Shown here one piece after another: positions 51,064 through 62,236 of a stretch of DNA of 64,000 nt (position 1 is its first letter; every line of letters begins with the position of its first letter). The stretch lies in NCBI GenBank assembly GCA_024704765.1, contig JAKMXF010000350.1, forward strand, positions 62,001 through 126,000. Reading direction: 5' to 3'. Under the pieces are notes generated by a model. It had not been told where the DNA came from and did not search any database. It worked only from the letters and a program-made list of their open reading frames with translations. Origin of the DNA: Oopsacas minuta (lineage: Eukaryota > Animalia > Porifera). Both the position numbers and the translations under genes were made by a program.

Positions 51064-51940
51064 ATATATTTTTTGACTTGATTGAAACTTTTGAGCACTG
51101 CTATCGCTGTTCTAACGTTCAACGATTGGTAGCTGTCAATAATCGGTATTCTTGACGGACTGGGTCTGTCTCCTACCTGTAAGGAGTACAATTCTATCCT
51201 GAAGAGAGAATATATGTCGGATTATTCCGAAAAGGACACTTTTCCAGAGAAGAAGACGGATGCGATACGTCGAACAGCACAGAGAAAAGCCTTGTAAAAA
51301 TCTGAGGGCAGGAGAAACTACAGAGGAGAGGGTTTGTAGCAGAGAGTGTACCATAGGAGAAGAAGCGACTGGGTAGGGTTCGAGGATGGAGAAGACGGAG
51401 TGGTGCAAAGAGGAGAATGAAAGAGCGCAATGTCTCTCCTAATTCGTGCAACAGTTTCGGCGAGTCTGATACCCTGTCCAGCATATTGTTTTGACGAAAA
51501 TAGTCCCCCGGACCAATTTCGTCAAATTAGATTATTTCGTCAAATTAGATTATTTCGTGGCAGGAAAAACTAGTCAGGACTTCAGGAGTAATACAGGCAT
51601 TAGTCATTAAAGATAATGAGTTAGGTGAAATTTTACAAAATGTCCAGCCGACAGACTGGTAGTGCAACACAGGGTTATGTATGTATTCTTTTCAGGGGGC
51701 ACGCCTCCCTGACCCCCGTGTAAATGCCACAATGCATCGGAACTGAATGATTTTTGGCTCCTAAGTCGGATAAATGTTTCAGGATTTTCATGATTATTCG
51801 TCCTCTAATGTACTTCCTGTCCTATCTTCAAATCTTATTGATAGAATTCCTAATAATTACCTTACAATTACCTCATGCCTAACTTTTGAAGCGAAATCTG
51901 TAGCATCAATTTGAAATATGTTCAAAAAGGCACGAAAATA

Positions 51941-52650
51941 TGATTAATCATATGATAAATAATTTAGCTATAGATTTGAAAATGTCAAAATTGAAATCTA
52001 CATACTTGATTACCCCTTACTAGCAGTTAAAACGAATTCTCTAGCATGATTTTGAATAATATGCACAAAGGTGTGAAATACGATTAATCATATAATAAAT
52101 AATTTAGCTATATATTTGAAAATGTCAAAATTGAAATCTACATACTTGATTACCCCTTACTAGCAGTTAAAACGAATTCTCTAGCATGATTTTGAATAAT
52201 ATGCACAAAGGTGTGAAATACGATTAATCATATAATAAATAATTTAGCTATATATTTGAAAATGTCAAAATTGAAATCTACATACTTGATTACCCCTTAC
52301 TAGCAGTTAAAACGAATTCTCTAGCATGATTTTGAATAATATGCACAAAGGTGTGAAATACGATTAATCATATGATAAATCATTTAGCAATAGATTTGAA
52401 AATGTCAAAATTGAAATCTACATACTTGATTACCCCTTACTAGCAGTTAAAACGAATTCTCTAGCATGATTTTGAATAATATGCACAAAGGTGTGAAATA
52501 CGATTAATCATATGATAAATAATTTAGCTATATATTTGAAAATGTCAAAATTGAAATCTACATACTTGATTACCCCTTACCAGCAGTTAAAACGAAATCT
52601 CTAGCATGATTTTGGAATAAAATAGAAAGGTGTGATAACATGATTAATCA
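51941..52650. repeat. 140-bp tandem repeat, 5 near-identical units
   Basis: GATTAATCA recurs at 51942, 52082, 52222, 52362, 52502 and 52642. Each unit contains CTTGATTACCCC. Confidence 0.95.
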
Positions 52651-52759
52651 CGAAAAGGTGTGATATATTCACAAATTCTAACTCGATGTGCAATCTCAGA
52701 CCTTAAAAGTATTTGTATGTCAATTCTCTGATAAATTCGGCTTTTAGATGATGCTAGAT

Positions 52760-52985
52760 CAGGTTTAGCAGGTTTAGCCTGTTTAACAGGTTAAGCAGGT
52801 TAAGCAGGTTAAACCGGTTTAGCAGGTTTAACCGGTTTAGCAGGTTAAACCGGTTTAGTAGGTTAAACAGGTTTAGCAGGTTTAGCCTGTTTAACCGGTT
52901 TAACAGGTTAAGCCGGTTAAGCAGGTTTAACCGGTTTAGCAGGTTTAGCCTGTTTAACCGGTTTAACAGGTTTGCCGGTTTTGCA
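52760..52985. repeat. 9-bp minisatellite, about 25 variant units (CAGGTTTAG / CCGGTTTAA / CAGGTTAAG)
   Basis: Direct reading. Adjacent units create palindromes such as TTAACCGGTT. Confidence 0.95.
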
Positions 52986-52989
52986 GATT

Positions 52990-53470
52990 GGTCGCATTTT
53001 TAATTTTCTCATATGTAAATTTATTGTTGTTTTTAAATGTTGAAATCTCGAAATATACTCAGAGACTTGCTCCCAATGGACATATAGGGGTAATCAAGTA
53101 CGCTGATTCCGAATTTCGCATTTTCAAGTTTCTCATATGTAAATTTATTGTTGTTTTTATGAATACAAAGTAAACAAATTTCAAAATTGAAGTAGAATCA
53201 TACTTTCAACGACTATCCTGGGGTAATCGAGTATGCTGAGTCCGAATATGATATTGTAAACAACATATTGTGAATATTTGTTTACTTTTAGGTCCATAAA
53301 GTAAACAAACTTCAAAATTGTTGTAGAAACATACTTTCAATGGTTATACTGAGGTAATCGTGTATGCTGAGTCCAAATATGGTATTGTGAACAACATATT
53401 GTGAATATTTGTTTACCTTTAGGTACATGAAGTAAACAAATTTCAAATTTTCAGAGTATACTTGTTTTGA
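52990..53470. repeat. degenerate tandem modules, inverted relative to the 140-bp array
   Basis: GGGGTAATCAAGTACGCTGATTCCGAATTTCGCATTTTCAA aligns with the reverse complement of the 140-bp unit (GGGGTAATCAAGTATGTAGATTTCAATTTTGACATTTTCAA). Confidence 0.7.
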
Positions 53471-54202
53471 CTTAAAGCTAAGAATCGTACTATCAACACA
53501 TCCATTAGCAACAGTATAGATAACAGGGTTCTTAAGAGTATCCAAAGATAACATATCAGTTTAGCTGTTATAGAAATCGTAGTAAATGCTAAAAACGAAT
53601 ACTTGATACTAAGATAGGTTCATCAAATTCGAATTGAATAGTTCCGACATCGTACAAATAAATATCCAGGTGCATGTCTAGATGAGAAAATACATATAGG
53701 CACCCATTTCAGACTTTCGCACTACAGCCATGCAGACGTACGGATATCTCTATATAGGGTATTCACTAAAAAATAACCATCAAGGGTGCAACAAAATGTC
53801 CTGTAATGAGATGTTGGTATCCACATTATAAACACGAATAAATCACATAAATGACTACCGCACAGAACATCCCAAATATACACATAAATACATAATACAA
53901 ACATGTATGTATTATGAGTTGCCACTATTGAATGTTCCAATCTGGTTGAAGAAAACCAGTGTCGGAGGCATTGTCCCATCCCAATTAGGGAACCCAGTGG
54001 AATTTGTCTCCCAATCTCCTGTGGAGTTATATATATATCTAGTCGGTCAAAGATACTGCAGTAGACTTCTCTCCTTTATACTCATTTTGCGTTTAAGACA
54101 TATGTATATTAAAATCGTTAGCGCCTCAAAGATTAAGCAGCTCATTGGGCCGTACAAATTCCAGGCGTTAGAATATAGATTATTCCCAGTGGACCCATAG
54201 AT

Positions 54203-54886
54203 CAGTGGTTCTCAAACTGGGGTATGCCAGCACTTTTCCTAGGAGTACGCCGGTGTTTCACCTAATCATATACAAATATTTCGAGTTGCACTCCATTATG
54301 TCAACAGACTCAGCACATAGATAGTAATTTCATGCCAAATAATTAATATGTATCAGTTGCAATGGTTTCATCACTAATTATTATCACCTTTGAATATTTA
54401 TTGTTTGAGGTTATGCTAATTAAGGATTCCATTGTCCATAAATATGTGTCAACTCATATTAATTTCAATATCACACCCACCCGTGTATCGTATTGTTCTT
54501 ATAAAATGGAATAAAATGGAAATTGGAAGAGTATTTCTTTGAGACCTTAACTTTATTACCAAATTCATATGGAATCTGCTAAGAACGGAAATATAATGAA
54601 GATTATATCAAATATGGATTTATATCCATACTTAAAGAGGGGACGGGAACTACCACAATGTGTAATATGTTATAAGGTGCTATCTGAGGGCTCGATGGAA
54701 CCAAGTTTTCTAAAACACCATTTAAGCGGGTACCACCAAAATCTTGCAGATAAGGATATAGATTCCTTCAAGGACCAAGAGGTTGGAGTAAAACGAATCC
54801 GTATAGATCACAGAGAACAATTGAGTCAACAGACTCAAGCAGGTCTTCGTGCCTCGCACATGGTGGCTTTGCGAATCGCTACGTAG
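54203..54886 (+). mobile_element. 5' fragment of a hAT Buster/Charlie-type transposon
   Basis: Terminus CAGTGGTTCTCAAACT at 54203, preceded by CCATAGAT (NNNTANNN target pattern). ORF 54569-54886 encodes PQCVICYKVLSEGSMEPSFLKHHLSGYH...LRASHMVALRIA, a Buster BED-finger region. No right end found. Confidence 0.8.
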
Positions 54887-54957
54887 AGTTATGAAAGGGA
54901 AAGTAAAGAAAATGAAATATAGAAAAACACACAAAGATAGAGTTGTATATACGTATA

Positions 54958-55863
54958 TCAAAATAATTGTAGACAGTTTACAGTATGCTCACACACAACT
55001 ATAACTCTATCATGATAGTCTACTGTTACTGATGTTGGATGCTCAGAAACTGGAATATTGTGAATTGATTGGAATTCAGGATTGAAGATAGAAATAGAAT
55101 TAGAAGCATAATCAGCAATTAGAATGTTGTTAGAATTGTCAATAGAGAATGAGTAGGGATTAAGGACTTGATTTCCTGGACCGAGTGAAATTACACTCTT
55201 CTGGAGTATGTGGTTATGATTGAATAGATGGATACAAGGATTAGATTCATCTAACACATAAATGTATTCTTTAGAGAGTTTAACATCAAGAGGGTGTGTG
55301 AATGAACCAAATAGTGATTTGAATATGAAATCTTTTGAGAGTATTTGAACTCGATTGTTAGAATAATCACAAATATAAATATCATCATTAGATTCATTCA
55401 TTACCATAACACAGGGATTGTAGAATTCGAATTCTCCTTTTCCTGGTTTACCAATTCTAGAAATAAATTCACCATCAAGGTTATAATTCAGTATACCGTG
55501 GTTATGAGAAATTAGAATCCTACTCATACAAATAAATAAACTTATTGGATAGGACATCTTTCCTTCACCTCTACTGTCACCAAATTTGAATATATATTTA
55601 GCAGTACTGTCGAATACTTTAACACAGTGGTTCAAACAATCTGCTATATAAATATTTCCAGTCATGTTTTCAACTGTAACAAAAAGTGGACTGTTAAGTT
55701 CATCATTTTCTTCTCCTCTCTTACTAGCACATACTAGAGGTTGTATCCTACTTGTGTGATCAATTACAGTTTTCACTCTCTCTGGTTCAATAGGAGTAGC
55801 TGTGGCCATGGTCGCTAAATTTATAGAAAGAGGAAGTATACCTGAAATGAGCTCAGATTGCAT
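54958..55863 (-). CDS. NHL-repeat beta-propeller protein (single exon; start 55863 or 55809)
   Basis: Repeated NHL motifs: GNIYIADCLNHCVKVFD, DDIYICDYSNNRVQILS, FTHPLDV, NNILIADYASNSISIFN. No RING or B-box in this ORF. Confidence 0.85.
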   Translation of the reverse strand: MQSELISGILPLSINLATMATATPIEPERVKTVIDHTSRIQPLVCASKRGEENDELNSPLFVTVENMTGNIYIADCLNHCVKVFDSTAKYIFKFGDSRGEGKMSYPISLFICMSRILISHNHGILNYNLDGEFISRIGKPGKGEFEFYNPCVMVMNESNDDIYICDYSNNRVQILSKDFIFKSLFGSFTHPLDVKLSKEYIYVLDESNPCIHLFNHNHILQKSVISLGPGNQVLNPYSFSIDNSNNILIADYASNSISIFNPEFQSIHNIPVSEHPTSVTVDYHDRVIVVCEHTVNCLQLF

Positions 55864-55878
55864 TGTAGAATACTATAG

Positions 55879-58800
55879 CATAGTGTGCCAAAATCGCCAT
55901 AATGGAGTATTAGGGTAACCATTACAACTAGGCATGTTTTAGGTGGTCTATATAGTAAATCGACACCGTAAATTTCAAAAATTCATTTAAATTTCCGTAG
56001 TATTACCACTATTGGGAATATGACGTCATTTCGGTGATTTCATTATATTTAACATTCATGGTTCAATAATATTATTTGTGAATTCTATTATTGAATTAAT
56101 GGTATAAAGTCAAGTTTCCCATTAGAAGGATTATAGCATATATATAACTAACTATTATATAATAAGGAAGCAGGGGTGTAGTTTTTCCCTTTACTACATA
56201 TTTGAGGGGATTATACCTTGTGGAAAACTTACTAAATATATAAACTCAATCTCTAATATTCTTTAATTAATTATCATTCTCCAACACTATGCTATTATAT
56301 AAGATATCTTGGGGGCTATTTGGGTCATTTGCACTAGAATTCCTCGTCTTGGTGGATGTAAAACGATTCTGCACTAATAGGGGATCACGACAACACAGAA
56401 GGCGAACTAGAATATCTCGTACATTGTCAGAGAATGATGTTTTCTGGCAAGATTTTCCCGATACCGCCTCAGGAACATATTACAAGCTTCTAAACATTCT
56501 TCTGATAGATTCTGTAATCCCCTGCCATTATTATAGTCTCCAATAATCTTGAAAGAATGGGAAAGTAGCTTGTGTAAAGAGGAGGTGATGTTCGCCCATG
56601 GAAACTGAACTAAGATGTATTCATACGTTTCTTTACATAATTCTTCCATGTTGCTATAATTGATTAAGTTACCGCTGTTCACAAGTCGTAACACCACGGA
56701 TAGATTAGTCTGGATCTTCTATCATAAGGGTTTATCAGATGGATTAATCGAGGAAGTCGCCCATTTTAAAAAGTTTCGCTGATCCATAAAGCAATCACGT
56801 GCAATGTTCCCAGTAGTTGATGTACCACCCTGACTTGAAGGAATATCCACACTGAAACTACACTTCTCTAAAAGAATTGCTCGAATCTGCAGATAGATGC
56901 ATTTACTTTGTGATTAGATGGTGACCATACCTTGTGACCCGCATCAAGATGGTATATTAATAACATATACCACCGGAATACACATAGGTAGGCATGCAAA
57001 GGGGAGGCAGCAATTATATTGATGTCAGAGGTGGGTTTGTGAGTTATACCCAAGCGTTGTTTGGATGGGAGTTTGAGGAAGTCATCCTCATTAACATCAT
57101 CAAAGAGCTACCAAGCATCGCTAATTAACCTGTTTATGGGGAATCCAGAACGAATCCAGTCAATGCTTTTAATTTCTTCATCAGATGCAGTACATAGATG
57201 ACAAGAAGCTCCTCCAGCACCATCTAACAGTCCAGCCATTTTGGTGTCAAAGAGAGAACGGACAATATCAACTTGCACATGTCCTCCTATTAGGGATAAT
57301 CTGTTCACCAATATTTGGTCGGTTTGGGGATTGACAATTTTATCCATGATAAAATGAACATTATTATAATCATCTTCCAATGTTATCAACGCAACCGGTC
57401 TGAAATAAAAGGGGGAGTTAGGAGAATGGTTGTAGAAGACATTCTTTCCAAGTGTATCTGCTATTGATAATATTCTGAATCCAAATAAGATGAAATATTT
57501 AGTACTAAAGACAGGGTTATTATTTTGTTGGTTATAGGTGCGATGAGACCCGGAACCATCTAATCCATCTGATATCTTAACTGTGAGCGGATATTGTGAA
57601 ATAGAAATTGGCACTAACGTTGAAATCAAGCGTTCGACTGTAAGCTTTAGTATCGAATGATAGGAGATACAAGTTCCAATTGAGAAACCTTCAGGATCAT
57701 GGACTATCTCAATCTCATCAATCAAAGTTATTTCTCTACGATATCTGGAGATAAGCTTATAGGATGGTAATTTTACTTGACATTTAAGGACTTTTTAAAA
57801 TTTTTATATTTGCTCGCTCCAATCTCTAAACAGTCCAACAGAAAGGCAGATTTATCGATTGGCGCTTTGTGCAAGATTCCACTAAAAGAACCCTTGTTGA
57901 TGATCTCCTTACACACTTGTGAGGTATCGCGATCGTAAGAATTGTTAGATATTAATTCTAAAGCCAGAGCAGCTAGTTGTTTAGGCTCGACATTTTCTCT
58001 TTCAGCTAAGAAATGAATATTATCTAAAAGAATGCTCAGTCTAGAATTGGAAGTTTGAAGATTGCAATCAAGTAATTGCTTTCTGGAATCATGGACAATT
58101 TCTTCAGAGAAATTTCGACTTTCAGAAATAGAAACTCTACGAAAAGGTTCTAATCCAGGATCGAGTGAAATTCTCTTCTTTCTCGGAATGGAAGTTGATA
58201 GAGGTGTAGTATATGATGGAAGGTCAAATTCTCCCAAGTCTCAAGATCACTTTTCTTCTGGTAATACTCTCTGGATGATATAAGGGACTTGAACTTATAT
58301 AGAATAGTATCATGCTCTTCCTGTAAAATATTATTATCATCAATAAGATACTGCGCAGTGGCTTTAGGGCTTTTGCCCATTGAAATATAGCTAACATATG
58401 CTTCTTTGTTGGTCACAACAGAGGCCATTACTTCACTGGGAGCTATTATTAGATAGAAAAGATTAAAATTATTTTCGTACATCATCTAAATTTACAGGAG
58501 GGCAAGAATTTATAGAATTTACTTGAATTTCAAAAAAATTCTAAAAATACATTTTCCGATTTTTTGTCCGGTCCAAGCATTGATGTACTCAAAATATATT
58601 TGTGCACCCCGGTGCACGTATGAAATTGGTGTATAATTTCAAAAATGTAAACACTAAGCGATTAACAATAAATTATCGTCCTCTTTTGTCACCTGATAGA
58701 TGCAGCACTCCAAACACTATGTTAAAACTAAAATATTTCCCTCCAGGCCTTTAAAACTAGACAGCCAAACAAATTTTTTTAAAACATTGATACTAATAAT

Positions 58801-59016
58801 AATTGCATAACTGTTCTAATATACGAAATACGTCAAATTGATGATTAACTACAAACGTTATATAGTATATATTCGGAAGAAAATCGTTGCTAAGGTAGGT
58901 ATGAGTCATACATACAATCATCAATATTTTCCTACTAATTCGACGATGGAGATTTACAAAACGTAGTTAAATTCGTAATTGAAATTTTGCCTAATACGCC
59001 ATATCGGCACACTGTG
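55879..59016 (-). mobile_element. Transib/RAG1-like DNA transposon, copy B (3138 bp, non-functional)
   Basis: Termini CATAGTGTGCC (55879) and CACAGTGTGCC (reverse complement ending 59016). 5-bp TSD TATAG at 55874-55878 and 59017-59021. Second block ATGGAGTATTAGG / ATGGCGTATTAGG at 16 and 7 bp from the heptamers. Confidence 0.92.
56267..58428 (-). pseudogene. RAG1-like transposase pseudogene (in-frame stop and several frameshifts)
   Basis: Collinear fragments homologous to copy A: KISDGLDGSG, SLFDTK, CHLC, GGTSTTGNIAR, LHKLLSH, LSEECLEACN. Premature TAG at 57108-57110. Frameshifts near 58200, 57770, 56870, 56710 and 56440. Confidence 0.9.
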
Positions 59017-59302
59017 TATAGTAGCCGGAACAGCGTGCAGATTGGGGGATCTGAGTTGAACACATATTCTGATGATCTAAATATTAGTGTGTGAAACTTG
59101 CAGAGAAGCCGTAGATCAGAAATGTCTATGGTTAGTGTCATTCTAGCATGAGGTAATGGGATTGCCGGTTACGAACAGGATGGAGGTTGGGTATCCTGTT
59201 GGAACAAATACGAATTCTATCAAATTACTAAGTGTGTGAAACGAGCAAGGGTACTATATATCCATGGTTTGTGTGATTCTGGTATACAAGAGGGCTACTC
59301 AT

Positions 59303-59700
59303 AGGGCGCATGCATTAGTCCAAATTCGTATGTATGTATTAGTCCTAATTTTTGGTGATCGAATGCATGCATTCACGGGGAAATTTCGTCGCGAGGAAAT
59401 ATAGTCATTTACTATTGTTGTTTTGAATCTAAAACTCTCAGCAACTCACAGCCTGCTCCAGATCCAACTCGAATCCAATCTAACACCACACCAGTTATCT
59501 AAATAGTCTACTGAAATGCTCATGTTCTCAGCTCAAGCCAATCTAACTAGATAATCCACGAAAATACCAATTCTAGCACTTTCCAACGTGAGTTCTAAAT
59601 ACACTCAGCAACTCACAATATAAGATTGAAGAATATCGACGCAAAGGAGGTAAAACTAACGTAAACATCACCAAAAAATTTGGACTAATGACGCGACCCC
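59303..59700. mobile_element. GG-ended MITE with 8-bp TSD (Merlin-like), copy 2
   Basis: TSD CTACTCAT (59295-59302 and 59701-59708). Ends AGGGCGCATGCATTAGTCCAAATT / GGGGTCGCGTCATTAGTCCAAATT. About 130 bp shared with 41869-42140. Confidence 0.8.
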
Positions 59701-61032
59701 CTACTCATGTAAATAATGAGAATTTAGTACACGAAAAAAGAAAGAATATAGCAATGAGTCAAAATGTTAAACGCGGGATTTCTTTGGAAATTAGTGGGGG
59801 AAGCAAAGCTCCCCCTACATTACACCCCTCAATTATATACCCCCGACAAATGGTTCTGGGCGGAGAGTTATGACGACTGACCAATGTATCCGTCAGGTTT
59901 ACACATTTTACCAAAATTACAGGACTATACAACTATTCCCAGTAAACCTGGAGCTGGACAATAGCGTACATAAAATTACCTTCGACAACATTGAATACAT
60001 TGTATGGATAGGTCATAGATAGGTGTCCTCAGTACTTTAATACAGGGTCTGGTCATGTATGCAAGCATGTAATCCTTGGTAGAGGATTTAGTAACAACTT
60101 TGCGATAGTAATATTAACAGAATAATTATAAACTCTATTTATACGCGTTTTGTAACTATCACCTTATATAATTTATTATGTCTAAGTAAGACTGATATAC
60201 AAATTTTGGTATACAAATATTTCATCCAACGAATTATTCTGAACATTTGATCTTTTATTACAGTCTCGATGTATTTCTCTACTTCAATAGCTTGGCTTCT
60301 AGCACAAATTTGTATATTTCAACTTTTCTTATTATCAGGTATTAATTTACTTCATTGTTATACTACCACTAATCCGAACTGATTCTACCAATTTCAATTG
60401 AGGTTCGGATTAGTAGAAAAGGTCGATATTTATTGTAGTTATATACATACCTACTAACTCCTGGGACTTTCGAAAAATTCCCTGTACTCCCCAGTTTTGC
60501 AATCCATAATTAACAATTTCAAGCTTTTCTTGGGGAAATTAGTACATAAATATTCAAATATTTTCCTGGATTCTCTTGTAAAATCCTGGGAAGGTTGGCA
60601 AGTTTGCATCTATGAATGTAGGGCCATTTCGTAAAGCATGCGACACTGTGAATAGATTATACTGGAAATTCCTGTTATACGAAAGTTCTCAAAGATATGG
60701 CGTATGCTGATCTTTGACAATCATACTAATTCTTGTAACTTTTGATTTAGCGCCCATCACTTATATATTTTTATCGTTCAAATTCTCCAATTGGTTAGCT
60801 TATAAGAGAGATAATATAGCTAAGACTTGAACAACCTGAAAACCTAACTTTGGGACATTACTCTATGCCATTAGATTATTAATCGTGGTTTGTACCCTAT
60901 AGGCCTCTCAACTATCCAGAATTTGATTTCTCTATTATAAATAGTGTTGATTTTATTTATTTAAGCTCACGTTTGCCTCTCGCTTGTTGATGCATCATAC
61001 ATTTTATAGTGTATATTCTATTTCTCTTCTAG

Positions 61033-61341
61033 CTACCCTCGATACAGTACATTTACGAATAACGTCAGCTGGCAGAAAGCACATAGTATCACTAGACACA
61101 TTATCTTCAGGTGTTAGCCTACTCTGTTCAGTAGAAGCATACACTACCCCTGCTATAACATGGTACTATAACAACTCTATTATAGTATCTCCTAACTACA
61201 CTGACACATCGTCAATTGCTAACAATGGTATCACACAAATACATAATACATTATATGTAATACACACAGGTGTGTATTACTGTAGAGCAAGTGTAGCACT
61301 AGGTTCTATCAGATCTGATGATAACTCTATTGAATTATTTG
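61033..61341 (+). CDS. immunoglobulin-domain exon (phase 1-1)
   Basis: Acceptor ttctag, donor gttagt, 309 nt. VSLLCSVEAYTTPAITWYYN...GVYYCRAS has the Ig Cys-Trp-Cys pattern. Confidence 0.8.
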
Positions 61342-61945
61342 GTTAGTTTTGTTACTAGTACTTTTATTCTAGTTTTATTAATTGTATAATTGCTAATTAA
61401 TTATATAGCATAGTCTCGTGTCCCTCTGGGAATGTATTATATTAATTTATCTGTCTTCTCTAATTGATAATGCATACTCCTGACTGGTTTCAAATACATT
61501 TACCATTCTAGTCTTGTTAAGATATCGACAGCCCTCAATGGAGTCAGATACCTTAATAATTCTTGTTCACATTCTGACATTTGATAAGTGTCTTGAATTT
61601 ATATCTTTGTATTCGCCGTATTGTTATTTTAATACAATGGAGCTTCCGAACCATGCATGAGTTTTGGAGAGGTTGTCCCTTCAAGGCGATTCTTTGATAT
61701 ATTATCTATGACGTACATATTTGTAGTTTACAATCTACTCAATACGCATCCTCTCTTTGACAACTGCTTTCGCTGTATCTGGATTTCGCATTAACCAGAG
61801 TAATTCCAATATTGTAGAAACCTTATTTTGTTCAAATAGTTGTTCGTCTTATCCGGAAATTCGTATTAACCGTGTTCGTATAATTTATAATACTTCATTC
61901 ATCTGCTCTAGCATTTACACTTTACTACTATATCACTATTTATAG

Positions 61946-62236
61946 CTCCTCCTGATGTAATTACATTACAAACACAGAACCCAACATTAACTATACCACA
62001 TAGCTGGAGTATTACACTACCTTGTCTGTTTACTTATCAACCCTACTTCTCTATAACTTGGTGGTATAATCAGAATGTATTGATATCTCACAACAACCGT
62101 TATATATCTCATAACGGAAACTTACACATATATCAAGCAAGCACTGACTTTACTGGATTCTATAACTGCACTGTAGTTAACAAGTTTACTAATGAATCCT
62201 TCTCTGGACCTTCAATCAAGCTATTCGTTAGCAAAC
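61946..62236 (+). CDS. immunoglobulin-domain exon (phase 1-1)
   Basis: Acceptor tttatag, donor gtgagt, 291 nt. ITLPCLFTYQPYFSITWWYN...GNLHIYQASTDFTGFYNCTVVN. Confidence 0.82.

Noticed and set aside
51190-51575. Possible Ginger/gypsy-integrase remnant and TGT-ended hairpin (also 49655-49778)
   Set aside because: The similarity is limited to a short stop-interrupted peptide and hairpin-like ends, with no catalytic motifs or TSD. Too weak to list as a feature.
51941-52985. Regular arrays as CRISPR-like or coding repeats
   Set aside because: The units repeat without unique spacers, there are no cas genes and the context is eukaryotic. The Gly-Leu-Ala and Lys-Pro-Ala frames of the 9-mer array are interrupted by TAA stops.
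55623-55634. CACAGTGGTTCA, an 11/12 match to the copy A terminus
   Set aside because: It lies inside the NHL CDS and is explained by Asn-His-Cys-Val codons on the minus strand. There is no second block or TSD.
54958-55863. Beta-propeller gene next to a RAG1-like transposase as a RAG2-like partner
   Set aside because: It has NHL repeats rather than kelch repeats and no PHD finger. It lies outside the TIR and TSD of copy B, and it is co-oriented rather than convergent with the transposase.
15483-56028. TGACGTCA (CRE-like) sites in the 3' subterminal regions of both RAG1-like elements
   Set aside because: The same octamer occurs elsewhere in the window, including inside PIGG and DDX52, so enrichment is not demonstrated.
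60644-60650. CACTGTG heptamer upstream of the first Ig exon as a cryptic RSS
   Set aside because: No nonamer or second-block match at 7, 12, 16 or 23 bp. A few such heptamers are expected by chance in 64 kb.
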